NCBI RefSeq assembly: GCF_031769215.1
Contig: NW_026781951.1
Coordinates: forward strand, 496,001-560,000
DNA: 64,000 nt
DNA from: Ylistrum balloti
Lineage: Eukaryota
Direction: 5' to 3'
Shown here: positions 1 to 16,100 of the stretch, piece after piece
How positions within the stretch are numbered: the stretch's first letter is position 1
Layout of the letters: every line of letters starts with the position of its first letter
Program-made: the position numbers and the translations under genes
The notes under the pieces: model-generated
The model's input: only the letters and a program-made list of their open reading frames with translations
Told to the model about the DNA's origin: nothing
The model's database searches: none

Positions 1-141
1 ACAAAACAGAAAATGGAAGTTAGATAGGTATAAGTAGTTCCAGCTTGTATTTCACTGAAACAATAGGTAGTTGCACACATCTGAACATGTACGTAAATCA
101 CACAATCTTCTTTATAGCAATACATGGAGATTTCTTTATCA

Positions 142-2770
<2,629 letters not shown>

Positions 2771-3700
2771 GTTTGCCTGGTAAATCTGACGACACAGAAT
2801 CGAGCTAGTTCGCAATACACCTATCTTATGTAGAGCTCTACTATACACAATGGCGATATTTCTGTTGCCATGTAAATACATACAGTTATTATCATATCCT
2901 AGAGTTAGTGCCCCTGGTTTCACACGGTCAGTTGGAATGACAGCCGATAATGGACGTGACGAGAATGACATTTATGAATGAGAGCTAAGAGACCAGGGAA
3001 TGTAAATTTAATTTTGTTTTCGTTCCAGTAATATTTTCTCACTCACAGTCACGGTATTGTATTTCAACTTATACATTTAAAATTGTTATTTTTACTAGAG
3101 AGATACAAGGAAAAGTCAAACTTTAGGCGAGAAGGTGCAGTAGACCCATGATTTAGTGAATTTCTTAATTTTCATATATTAGACAATTTTAAAACAAAAT
3201 CAAGTACATGTGTACATGCACTGTGCCATCATTCGAATGAATTAAAACATTGGTAAAAATTATATTTCTTTGCGTTATATGAAGTTGAACGTGATTGTTG
3301 CTCGTTGTATACATTGTTCTCATTTGAGAACGTGACATTACTTACTCTAGTTGATCTAGGTTTACATGGCAGGCGTCTCCATGTAAATCTTTCTCTTTCT
3401 CATATTTTGTTTTCACTAAATTTCAGCTTAGATTATAGGTATGGTGATATGTTGGCATTTCCTTGATTTTCTGCCACAAACAGTCTCGATTAACGATGAT
3501 GATATAAAGCGACTAAATGTGGTCCAGATAGTTTTTTTTTTCCGGCGGAAGCCACTTTGTTTGTTTGTCAGTATATCGTGTACTCCTAACCATTAGTGTA
3601 AATTTTACATTGAATGGATAATAATGACATTCCAAAGTAGCTGAGAGGGACTGTGGGATCTTTGGTGTCCGACTTAGGAATTTGTCGTATTGATACACAT

Positions 3701-3795
3701 GACCAGTCACGTGATATCTAGTTTTACCCTTGACCAGTCACGTGGTATATATAGTTTTGCCTTTGACCAGTCACGTGGTATCTAGTTTTGTCTTG
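3701..3795. promoter_or_regulatory. Three tandem ~32-bp units, each carrying GACCAGTCACGTG (E-box CACGTG), between the divergent FMO and CHST-A genes
   Basis: GACCAGTCACGTG(A/G)TAT...TAGTTTT occurs three times, ~930 bp upstream of the FMO ATG. Function is inferred. Confidence 0.4.
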
Positions 3796-5981
3796 TATAC
3801 AGCGACTTTCACCTCCTATCCTTGTAATTACGGAGTAAGATATAATGTCCAAGGGATGACCCAGACTGACGGCGTCATCCGTCAGACATTTCAGTTGTTT
3901 ACTTGGTTTCCTTGTAAACCTCGACAGAACAGATAAGTCGTATCAAACACAAGCCTGTTACTGATTTGACAAGTACTGCGATTTTTAGTCTCAAATCAAA
4001 ATGTGTGTCACAGTCCTTATTGTACACTTTTACCTTAAGAACTAAACGTGATAATGTATCGTATGTATAATCGATTTAAAAAAAACACATTCCACCAACA
4101 TAGAATGATAATACGGCTTGTAATACACTGAATACTACTGAGTACTGCCGAACATAAGAATCGGAAGAGTGAAATGCGCATGTCAGAAATATATAAATAA
4201 AGTTGCAAAGCAGGTAAACTTTTTACGGAAAAGCATAGAAACTTCTTACAAATGACAAGTTATTTTTCAATAAGTAATCAGTTTATGTTTATTCTAAAAT
4301 AATTGCATCGATTGTTTAAAACATTTTTGAAACTTTTATTAGACACAATTTATTGATGTCAAGATGATTGTGAAGCATGCATACTGGCTTGGTTAGTGTA
4401 GAGCGCGGACAGAACTCGATTTCAATATTTGGTTACATAAGCTTGTTGTAATTTATCGTTTAGTAATAAAGTCGACTAAAACATTTCTGTAAAACATAAA
4501 TCACACTTTTGCTACATATATGAAGTAAATACCGTTGTTTTAATGACGGTCAGATCAACCTATTGTTGCCATGGAAAGGTGTGTTGTCAATGACGTTTCT
4601 GCCGCTTTAGTTGTACCTTTTTAATGGCTTGGAAGTGAATTTAGAGTTATTTTATGTACTACGTCATTATACGAGTGAAATATGTAGGTAGTAACTTTAC
4701 ATTTTAATTTCGGCTAGCAGTATCGGTAACGGGATACCGTTTATTGGATATAGTAACGCCTCCATCCTGCTCCTCTCTCCTTATATGGAAATATGAAATC
4801 AATAGGAGTTATTTCCCTTGCATCAACCAAGCTATATATTCAATCGTGGATAGATTAACCCGTTGATTAGGACACATAAATCAAATTCTGTCAAATGATT
4901 CTTTTTAGTAGAAGTGTTTCATGGTTAAGGTTTTGTGCAGTTTTTTAAAAGTTACTTCAAGATATTTGGATCTAATCTTGTAATAGTGAAATATACTTGA
5001 AACAAATGTATACTGTACCTTTTCTTTGTCTTTCACATCTGTTTATTGGCTTGATAATGTTTCGTTTTCTACTTTTTGTCGTACTCTTGATTTTTCCTAT
5101 AAAATGGTAGGAAGATACAAACTCAAGGAAAGTGTTTATTTTTATCCTATCCTTTTAACCAGTACGGTACAACTAAAGACATAATCTTCACGTGTTGCCA
5201 CACTGTTATGGTGTTGCTAGAATGTTTTCAGAAATTCCATCTTTTGTAAAATTACATTGTAGCTCTTTTTCATTACAAGTTCTGAAATGTTTCTTTCTTA
5301 TAAGTAAAAATAATACAAAATCTGTTTCTAGTCAATCAAATATGCCAGTAATCTATTCTTTAATTGTTTATTTAATTGTTTGTTTATTTGTTTATTTATT
5401 GCTCTTTTGTGTTTTCTACTTATGCTCTTTTCGTTATTCCAATACTGATCTAATATTACAACCCACGTTTATGTTTGGTGAGATAAGTAAGAGAAATGGC
5501 GTTAGAAATCTGTGAACCTACCATCAACATCGCCAGTATATTGTTGTGATGCACAATGAATAATCACGATCGCTACCTACCGTATGACGACCTGTTTGCT
5601 ATATGATCCCAGTCCCACATGGTCAACACTGGAAAGGTCAGCGATCACTTAAGTGTATCCTTGATTGTCAATGCTCGCTCATGTTGATCGTAAATGTATA
5701 ATACGAAGAACCGCTGATAATGTAACTTTACATAAACAGATCTAAATTACAACTCTATCAGCTGATTAGAACAAAGCTTTTGTTATTGTAATCAGACAAT
5801 CAATTCAATGGAACTCACCTCGATACATATGTATTTAAACCATACACGATGGTCACTTGTAAACCAATAGATGCGGCTGTCCTTTCACAATGCTTGCCAA
5901 TACAAGATTATCTGTTGTTTTTGATGCTTATGGTAGCGGACACACAGTTTTGGACTAACGTAGTGATTTAATTGTAACACA

Positions 5982-8900
5982 ATGTTGAGAAGAACGTATC
6001 TACTGAGCTTCATACTTGTTATAACGATGTCACTGTGCTTTCACGTTTATTTTTCAAATCAAAAGGATAGCGGCAAAATAGAATTCTTGGGGAAAGGAAT
6101 GGATCGGTATGTATGAAATAAGCATTAGAAAGTCAACAACACATCACTAACAATACGCCCGAATCACAGCACACATCGCTTTCATTCTGATTAGTGCTTT
6201 TAACATTACCGATATCACCTGTTGGTGTTGTTGTCTGTCTAATGATTTTAACATTACCGATATCACCTGTTGGTGTTGTTGTCTGTCTGATGATTTTAAC
6301 ATTACCGATATCACCTGTTGGTGTTGTTGTCTGTCTCCTGTTGGTGTTGTTGTCTGTCTGATGATTTTAACATTACCGATATCACCTGTTGGTGTTGTTG
6401 TCTGTCTGATGATTTTAACATTACCGATATCACCTGTTGGTGTTGTTGTCTGTCTGATGATTTTAACATTACCGATATCACCTGTTGGTGTTGTTGTCTG
6501 TCTGATGATTTTAACATTACCGATATCACCTGTTGGTGTTGTTGTCTGTCTGATGATTTTAACATTACCGATATCACCTGTTGGTGTTGTTGTCTGTCTG
6601 ATGATTTTAACATTACCGATATCACCTGTTGGTGTTGTTGTCTGTCTGATGATTTTAACATTACCGATATCACCTGTTGGTGTTGTTGTCTGTCTGATGA
6701 TTTTAACATTACCGATATCACCTGTTGGTGTTGTTGTCTGTCTGATGATTTTAACATTACCGATATCACCTGTTGGTGTTGTTGTCTGTCTGATGATTTT
6801 AACATTACCGATATCACCTGTTGGTGTTGTTGTCTGTCTGATGATTTTAACATTACCGATATCACCTGTTGGTGTTGTTGTCTGTCTGATGATTTTAACA
6901 TTACCGATATCACCTGTTGGTGTCGTTGTCTGTCTGATGATTTTAACATTACCGATATCACCTGTTGGTGTTGTTGTCTGTCTGATGATTTTAACATTAC
7001 CGATATCACCTGTTGGTGTTGTTGTCTGTCTGATGATTTTAACATTACCGATATCACCTGTTGGTGTTGTTGTCTGTCTGATGATTTTAACATTACCGAT
7101 ATCACCTGTTGGTGTTGTTGTCTGTCTGATGATTTTAACATTACCGATATCACCTGTTGGTGTTGTTGTCTGTCTGATGATTTTAACATTACCGATATCA
7201 CCTGTTGGTGTTGTTGTCTGTCTGATGATTTTAACATTACCGATATCACCTGTTGGTGTTGTTGTCTGTCTGATGATTTTAACATTCACCCGATGATTAC
7301 CGATATCACCTGTTGGTGTTGTTGTCTGTCTGATGATTTTAACATTACCGATATCACCCCTTGGTGTTGTTGTCTGTCTGATGATTTTAACATTACCGAT
7401 ATCACCCCTTGGTGTTGTTGTCTGTCTGATGATTTTAACATTACCGATATCACCCCTTGGTGTTGTTGTCTGTCTGAAGATTTTAACATTACCGATATCA
7501 CCCTGTCTGATGGTGTGTTGTTGTCTGTCTGATGATTTTAACATTACCGATATCACCTGTTGGTGTTGTTGTCTGTCTGATGATTTTAACATTACCGATA
7601 TCACCCCTTGGTGTTGTTGTCTGTCTGATGATTTTAACATTACCGATATCACCTGTTGGTGTTGTTGTCTGTCTGATGATTTTAACATTACCGATATCAC
7701 CCCTTGGTGTTGTTGTCTGTCTGATGATTTTAACATTACCGATATCACCTGTTGGTGTTGTTGTCTGTCTGATGATTTTAACATTACCGATATCACCCCT
7801 TGGTGTTGTTGTCTGTCTGATGATTTTAACATTACCGATATCACCTGTTGGTGTTGCTCTGTCTGATGATTTTAACATTACCGATATCACCTGTTGGTGT
7901 TGTTGTCTGTCTGATGATTTTAACATTACCGATATCACCCCTTGGTGTTGTTGTCTGTCTGATGATTTTAACATTACCGATATCACCTGTTGGTGTTGTT
8001 GTCTGTCTGATGATTTTAACATTACCGATATCACCTGTTGGTGTTGTTGTCTGTCTGATGATTTTAACATTACCGATATCACCCCTTGGTGTTGTTGTCT
8101 GTCTGATGATTTTAACATTACCGATATCACCTGTTGGTGTTGTTGTCTGTCTGATGATTTTAACATTACCGATATCACCTGTTGGTGTTGTTGTCTGTCT
8201 GATGATTTTAACATTACCGATATCACCCCTTGGTGTTGTTGTCTGTCTGATGATTTTAACATTACCGATATCACCTGTTGGTGTTGTTGTCTGTCTGATG
8301 ATTTTAACATTACCGATATCACCCGTTGGTGTTGTTGTCTGTCTGATGATTTTAACATTACCGATATCACCCCTTGGTGTTGTTGTCTGTCTGATGATTT
8401 TAACATTACCGATATCACCCCTTGGTGTTGTTGTCTGTCTGATGATTTTAACATTACCGATATCACCTGTTGGTGTTGTTGTCTGTCTGATGATTTTAAC
8501 ATTACCGATATCACCTGTTGGTGTTGTTGTCTGTCTGATGATTTTAACATTACCGATATCACCTGTTGGTGTTGTTGTCTGTCTGATGATTTTAACATTA
8601 CCGATATCACCCCTTGGTGTTGTTGCTCTGTCTGATGATTTTAACATTACCGATATCACCCCTTGGTGTTGTCGCAATATGAAGGACGAACTGGTGGTCC
8701 ATTGATGTTTATTGATCAGATTTTACTTATTTAGGTATATGCATTTACAAATTATATATTACATAAAAGATGGAACAAACAGATGTGTCTCCTCATTGTT
8801 TTAATAGTTACGTCGCGCTCTGCTGAATCGAACTTAAATCCAAAGATATAAAGACAATGAAGTGCTATACAAAAGACCTGCACTAATTGATAAGAATATT

Positions 8901-11454
8901 GGCATGCATGTCTAAATCAGGGTTAGAGGAATGTGAACATATACACATGTACTTGGCGTTATTCAAAATAATCTTTAGTATTTTGGGGAAACGCAAACTT
9001 GGTTTATTACAGAACAAACTCACCCTCGTCAATATTCCGACATTACTAACAATATTTTCTCTTTATTTTCTAATTTTTCCCACCATGTGTGAATCGATGT
9101 CCTCTACAGACAATATAGTATATCTAGGTCGCTCATTAGACTTACGCACTTTGAGATATTTATGAGAATGCCTTTGAAAATCGTGTCTATCTGTTTCTGA
9201 TGACGCAGCCAATCACAAAACTTCTGATAAATATCGATGCAAAGTACGATTAAATTCTATTATGGTTTGGTTCTATGAGACACCTATTATTTGCATCTCG
9301 TGCACTAAGTACGTCAGAGCTAGTCATTTGTCTGATGAAGGTGATCGAAACGTCGCATTAAACCTTCTACTGGTTGTGTTATAATATAAAGTTGACAGTG
9401 AAGTCATCGAAACATCACATTCTAATCTTCTACTGGTTGTGTTATCAGAACTATAATGTGACCGTGTAGTCATCTAAACGTCACATTCTTATCTTTTACT
9501 GGTTGTTTTATAAGAACTATAAGGTGACCGTGTAGCCATCGAAACGTCACATTCTAATCTTCTACTGGTTGTGTTATGAGATGAAAATGACGTGTAGTCA
9601 TCGAAACGTCACATTTTAATCTTATACTGGTTGTGTTATGAGATGAAAATGACGTGTAGTCATCGAAACGTCACACTCTAATCTTCTACTGGTTGTGTCA
9701 TAAGATGAAGGTGACCGTGTAGTCATCGAAACGTCACACTCTAATCTTCTACTGGTTGTGTTATAAGATGAAGGTGACCTTGTAGTCATCGAAACGTCAC
9801 ACTCTTATCTTCTACTGGTTGTGTTATAAGATGAAGGTGATCGTGTAGTCATCGAAACGTCACACTCTTATCTTCTACTGGTTGTGTTATAAGATGAAGG
9901 TGATCGTGTAGTCATCGAAACGTCACACTCTAATCTTCTACTGATTGTGTTATGAGACGAAGGTGACCGTGTAGTCATCGACGCGTCACATTAAACCTTC
10001 TACTGGTTGTGTTATGAGAACTTCTATTCTATATTATTCACAGGTTTCTTAGTTATCCTTTGAGGACTACAAGTCATGTGGAAAGGCTAAGGAAACAGGT
10101 AAAGAAGAATCATCACATACTACTTATAGGCTATCTGGGAGGTGGAACATCACTTCTGGGAGATATTCTAGGAACCAGAAATACTAGTTTCTATTTGTAT
10201 GAACCACTTCACTACATGGCACGATTTGGATACTTCAAGCCTGGGTACCAATGCAGCATGAAGACGGGCAATTGTTGGTAAGTCAATTGGTAGTTCTTAG
10301 GTATGTGGTACATATAGGTATCTAGATTGAATCAAGCATTCTACATAAAAATGTTCTGTTGAAATTGTAGAACATATACAATGCATACATCCCTTATAAT
10401 TTAACACAGTGATATCACTCACTTTGGTTTTATTACATATATGCTGTATTATAGAATCAAATAGCTGCAATAAATATAAGTACAAATATTATTAACCGGC
10501 AAATTCTGAAGACCAACAGGTCACATGACTGGTGGCATTAAGTTCAGCAATTATATTTTGATTTAACGTTTATTATTCTTCCTTTTTTAAATTTGGAATC
10601 GTATTTAAATGGAAAAAGGAATCCAAAATTATCATTATTATTAAATGTTTTTACTTTTTCACAGGAAGAACAATCAGACCAGCGACCAAGCTATAAGGAC
10701 CGTACAGGCAATATTCAACTGTGATTACGATCATTACAATCATACAGTGCAATGGTGGCAGGTCCGATTATCTGGTGCAGCTGGAAAAGTCAACGATCGA
10801 AACTGGAATATTTCCTCTTCTAGATGTAACAGAACTTGCTTAATGAAGTATCTGAAATTATGTTCACATTATGATTCAATAGTTAGCAAAATACCAAGAG
10901 TAAGTGTCAGCTTAGCTTCACAACTTTTGAATAAGTTTTCGAACCTGAATATAATCCATCTCCTGAGAGATCCAAGAGCTATAATGAACTCAAGGAACAA
11001 ATATGACTGGACCCCTGTCCCAGGTGGCGCTATAGCGTTATGTAATAAAATGGCAGATGATTTTCTTGAATCAGTAAAATTGAAAAGGGTTTATCCCGGA
11101 CGATTTTACACTGTGTTTTACGAGGATATGGTGACGGATCCATTCGAAACATTTAAATATATTTATACATTTGCGGGGTATAACTTCAATGCAGATGAAC
11201 AACTCCGTATTAATAAGAAAACGCGAAATTCCCAGAACATTGCATGGGGTTGGAGGAACATTATCGACCATAATGTCCTAAAAGAAACAAATAAAGCATG
11301 CAGTCACTTATATTCGCTTCTGGGATACCCGCAAGTTAGAAATATAGAGGAAATAAGAAACAGGAGTTTCCCGCTCCGATTAAAAGTAAAAGGGGCCAGA
11401 CACTTTAATAACATCGCCGATATATATCGGTCGATGTCAAACAGACGTCAATAG
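5982..11454 (+). CDS. Carbohydrate sulfotransferase-like paralogue A (exons 5982-6106, 10044-10277, 10665-11454; 382 aa; type II membrane)
   Basis: Signal-anchor exon MLRRTYLLSFILVITMSLCFHVYF...MDR|gtatgt. Exon 2 has LLIGYLGGGTSLLGDILG...FYLYEPL. Exon 3 has HLLRDPRAIMNSR (3'-PB) and VFYEDMV. Both introns are phase 2, GT-AG; total 1149 nt in frame. Confidence 0.9.
6198..8672. repeat. 48-bp minisatellite (CTGTCTGATGATTTTAACATTACCGATATCACCTGTTGGTGTTGTTGT), ~51 copies, in CHST-A intron 1
   Basis: Exact 48-nt period (5 units per 240 nt). Two variants, CACCTGTTGG and CACCCCTTGG. It accounts for all the long repetitive ORFs in 6147-8705. Confidence 0.97.
9328..9357 (+). ncRNA. Minimal Penelope-type hammerhead ribozyme-like motif (stem II collapsed in this first unit)
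   Basis: TTGT-CTGATGA-A-GGTGATC-GAAAC-GTC-GCA: full CUGAUGA and GAAA core, palindromic ACGT stem III, GUC triplet, short stem I. Confidence 0.55.
9334..10016 (+). repeat. 63-bp minisatellite, 11 units, derived from the 3' part of a hammerhead-like motif; ends ~25 nt before the CHST-A exon-2 acceptor
   Basis: Unit GATGAAGGTGACCGTGTAGTCATCGAAACGTCACACTCTAATCTTCTACTGGTTGTGTTATAA. GAAACGTC recurs at 9541, 9603, 9666, 9728, 9791, 9854 and 9917. Confidence 0.92.
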
Positions 11455-13157
11455 AGTATGTGACATTACTCCACGGGCCTTGGACAATGACAAATAATAC
11501 GATACTTGATCGCAAATAAGAAATGCAAATGTGATATACGAAATAACATAAAGACTTCGAGCAGATATGCTTATTTATAATTCATAAATAATGTTCGCTT
11601 TTATGAGTTAAACATCCTCTCAACAGACAGGGTCACAAGAGGATCAGTGGCAAGAAGACATCAAGGATGACAAACAAAGCACAGAAAGGAACAGAAAGAA
11701 AAGGCGTGGCGAAAAGTGTGTAGGTGAAGGGGTGTTGATGGGCGGGGACGGTATCAGATGTATTTCGCACTTTTCAACTTTTAAATCCGTGTCACAATAA
11801 TAAAGTAGCGATTGTGACGCTAGAAGTAAAGCTATCTATCCGTCTTTCTCAAAGGAAACAAATGCGAGTTGAATATCTTTTCAGTTATAATCACATTTCC
11901 AAGTGTACTGTATTTACAAGGAGTAAAACCGACAAGCATGATTCTTCCTCACTTTTAACAGTCTTTATGTTGTTGAAGAAGAATAGCACAGGAGAAGGGA
12001 ATTAACATCAACATATGTAGATATAAACTCAAGAAATGAAATTGAATATAGATATATTACATTTTAAATGAAATTCATCGGTTTAGGTGCGTTACCGTCA
12101 TCAGTATAACAAATATGCGGAACTTACACTGTAGTTGAAATAGTAGAGTGATATATGTATGTCCATCTGCATCAATATTTTGTCTACAAATGCATGGTAA
12201 TTAGTTAGCAATCTGAGATGTATGGACGAGTGACGAATCAATTCCACCCTAAGTATGGAGAACAACTCTGCTATTTTCTATTACTATTGAGAGATACTGT
12301 AAACTGAATTTCAACAGAAAAGATTAGGAGTTGTTATACCTATTAAGTTCAGATCTACAAGTTTGACTACAAGTATCATAATGTAGATTCATATTTATTT
12401 ATCTATTATCTAATTGCTTGTTTACTTTATCTATTTAGTTATATATTTAATTAATATCTTAATTTTAAGGTTTTAAATTGTAGGCTTCTTTATGACGTCA
12501 ACAATCATGTGTATGAAAATAATCAATTAAAATACAAATTAAGTCACTGAAACACATATATATGTATCAGTGACGTTTTGACAGACATATATTTCTAATT
12601 TGTTTCTTAAGATATTCTCGGATGATTAGAAGAAAAAACGTTAACCATACGCTGCCAAATCTATAATCACTGACTGGGAGTTTATAAGCCTTCTACTGTA
12701 TTAAACATACTGCATTATTTTGATATGAGTCACCACCGTTGAATGGTAGCGACTAGAATGAGTTCGACAGGTTCAGATAAGTGGCACGCTTACTTTTGTA
12801 AGAATCTGTCGGGTCTGATCAAAAATTGTGCTGAAAAATGCACCCCCCCCCCTCCCCCGCCCGAAAAAAAAAATAATGTAAGTCCCCTTCTTTGTTTCTG
12901 TACTTTAACCTTAACAAATCCAATAACAATCCACCTGTCACACGCGTCATAAACGTGTGGAACTCGATGATTAATGACACGTAAATCCTATTTAACTCTA
13001 TAGTGGTGCAAACTGCGACAAACTACAAAACACATTGCTATGCATTGAAGCTATTCCTGAGAGGAAATTATTGCATGCACAATTTGAAAAACAAAACTTT
13101 TCCGTGCCGGCAATATTTACGTTTGGGTATGTACGTTGGCAAGGTCCAAATGACAGC

Positions 13158-16100
13158 ATGATGTCTCCGCGACTGTTTCTTCTGGCTGGTATTCTGTTCA
13201 CAGCATTGTTATTATCCTATATGATATATCGCTCTGATTTCCTCGACAATCCCAGATCTAAAGGGGTTGTTCGGTAAGTACTCGATCTGTTGATCATTTT
13301 TTTGTTTAGGAAAATAACAGTTTATTTGTTTGTTAAACAAAGTGATTTTTTCATTTAGATTGCCATTTTCTTGTTATTTGGATATTGCTTTCAATGTTAT
13401 AATCAACTGAAGATTATTACTGAAGTACATCAAGTGTAAATAAAACATCTCAGCAATTGATCACGAGTCATATAAATCCTTCTGATACGTGCTTCCATAT
13501 TTCGAGCGATGCATACCCTAAGTCATACATAATTGTACTTTAATGAAAGACGGCACATCGAAAATTGAAGAATGCCGAAAAATCACAGATGACATGTTTC
13601 TATAATGGTTGAAGATGGTATTACATACAGGAAATTAGATGTCAGCTATTCTGTTACTTCTGGAACAATGCAGCGTCTGAATCAAACGTATTCACGAGTC
13701 TCAGGTTTAGTAATCTTTCAAATTCTACAGTCAGAGATGACAAACGTTTGTGTAGAAATGCACGACGAACCCCATTTACCACCGACGATCAGAGGAGAGT
13801 GGGATGCCAATATTCGGATTAGCCGGCGTACCCTGAACAAACGACGTTTAAGCAATAGGTAACTACGCTCTCACCGACCAGTAAAACGTCCTCTGTTGAC
13901 TGAAAGCCACCAAGACTCCAATCGGCACGTGATCTCCGGAAACGGAATATTAGGTCTGGGTGAAGAGTCTTACAGACGGAAAATCCTTTTTTGGAGACTA
14001 AGAAATACGGCATACCATTAGAATGACATTTTGGACACAACAGCCTTTAGTGTTGGCGATATTGCTGTTTGGTTATAGTTTTCTCTTAATTTAAGTTTCG
14101 CTTTCAAGTCCTTGATAGAACTTTATAAAGGCAGCAGTACCATGATCAGATCCTTCAGCCTTTAGTTATTTATTATGTCAATGCCAATCCATTGGCAGAT
14201 CGGCTTATCCTAATGGATGGCAATGCCAAACCATACAATGCACAAATACTACATCAAACAAGAAGTGATAGAAACGTTTTTCTTCCATCGCCTGTAGAGT
14301 CAGCACATTAAACCAGCAGGTGTGAAATTATCTCGGAAAAAAGTAAATGCCCGGGATCCAAATAGTAAGCAATATGAGAATTACCCGATTCGCTGAATTA
14401 AGAGCGGCAGTAGCTTCCTCAAACCAAGCTTCGGTTCTGGTCAATGGTATGAGAATAGGGACATAAGAAATGTAACAGAAGTGTGGCCGCCTATATCCGA
14501 TATTGACACTTTCATGTCCAATATTTCTCATTGATTAAGCAATAGGTTTTGATGATTTGATGACGTATCTGAAAATAAGAGATGGTTTTGGTCAAACTAT
14601 TTTCTTGACTTTGAAAATGCATTTTGAGCACATCGTTTTAAAATGATACAGCACTTACGATTCTGTTTTATTATTTTTTCCATCGACTATTTATTTCCGT
14701 TTACTGCCTAAACGTCCTATATATCCTGTTGAATTTTCTTAAATACGTCGAGTAAAATTAAGCCCAGTCCAAAATATGGTTGGTCAAGTGTTTGGCCAAG
14801 CGTATATGTATACATGATTATTAATGCTGCGCTTAATATTTGCTGTGAATTAGTACAATAATTGTACGTAAGTTTTTCCGTAATCCTATTTTGATTGATT
14901 CGTCACTGAAAAAAGAATTTTCATTGCAAGTGTAGTATTCAACAATACTATATACGTAAAAACAATATCAACATTGTTATAAATACCCGCTAGGGTTTCA
15001 GATGGCAACAAGTGAACTAGTTTCGGGCGGCCAAGATTATGGGATGGAGACAAGAAAAAGTAAACTGTCCTCTTTGGGAAACACAAATATATATATAGGT
15101 AGCCTCTTTCTCATTTCGTCGCTACTTTTTACTAATAAATGACATTTTGTTTACAGAGTAGTTGCTGATCCCCAATATCGCCCGTTCCCTTTGTCCAACA
15201 ATGGAAAGAAACGAAAGAATTCTCACGACATACTACTGATTGGCTATTTAGGAGGCGGAACCTCTTTTACAGGAGATATTCTTGGGAAACGGAATGATAG
15301 CTTCTATTTGTATGAACCATTGTATTCCTTATATAGGTTTGGATACTTCAAGCCAGACTATAGCTGCAGTATGAAAAAAGAAAGCTGCAGGTTAGTAGAA
15401 GAGCATTGTATAAGGGAAAAAGCAATGTTGTGTCAAATGCAAATCTGTTTTGTTTTGAAATAAGTAAATCGATATGAACTAAGTATAGAACTTCCCAGAA
15501 TGTCTCATTTACGATGTTGTAACCACTTATGATAATAAAAATCCACAGACGGTATGACTACCATTACACTATTAATCTGAATGACAACCAAACATGAAAA
15601 ATTCAGCAATGATTATTATGGCAATATCTTATGATTGTTTTTTAGGTTAAGATATCCATTCCCATCTGAATTTTCTTTCTAATGCTAATCCGCAGTGTAA
15701 AGTTTAATTATTCTGCACTTCAACATTAAAAATACATTATTTCCATTACTTAAAAAATCTTTGATAACGGCTTGCTATCTACATTGTAATTGCCTTTTTT
15801 CGTTTTCCTCCCCAGGCTTATTAGTTCCTGTTACCTCTAGTAATCCTAACATTATACAAAATATTTCCTATTCCAAAAAACTAAACAAACAAAAACAACT
15901 TTTTGTTTAGATGTTATAATCTAAAGTGTTGCTGTCCGCCAGAAGTAATATTTTCAGCCCCGGACACGTTAGTTAGATCAAATATCAGCATGGAGAAGGA
16001 AACAATAATGTACATCTCAATCGACGAATGCCATCCTAAACTACTTATTATGTCCCAATATATGGTATTTTAACAACGTTTTATCATTTATATGTAATTC

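Noticed and set aside
3866-3885. CTGACGG/CCGTCAG hairpin
   Set aside because: A 7-bp stem is expected by chance in 64 kb and has no supporting context.
5192-5515. Hydrophobic ORF as the first exon of CHST-A
   Set aside because: Its hydrophobicity comes from TTTA/TTTG low complexity. The exon at 5982-6106 is homologous to exon 1 of paralogue C and splices in phase.
6198-8672. CTGATGA in every 48-bp unit as a possible third hammerhead array
   Set aside because: No pairable stem II, GATA instead of GAAA, and no stem-I complementarity.
6198-8672. Tandem arrays as CRISPR
   Set aside because: No unique spacers, no cas genes, and the context is eukaryotic with spliced genes. The same applies to all other arrays.
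6147-8705. Long ORFs (278-565 aa) on both strands, including a Cys-rich WCCCLSDDFNITDITC repeat and a mucin-like TTTPTGDIGNVKIIRQ repeat
   Set aside because: They are a by-product of a 48-nt (in-frame) unit that lacks stops in four frames. The array is intronic to CHST-A and has no non-repetitive coding flanks.
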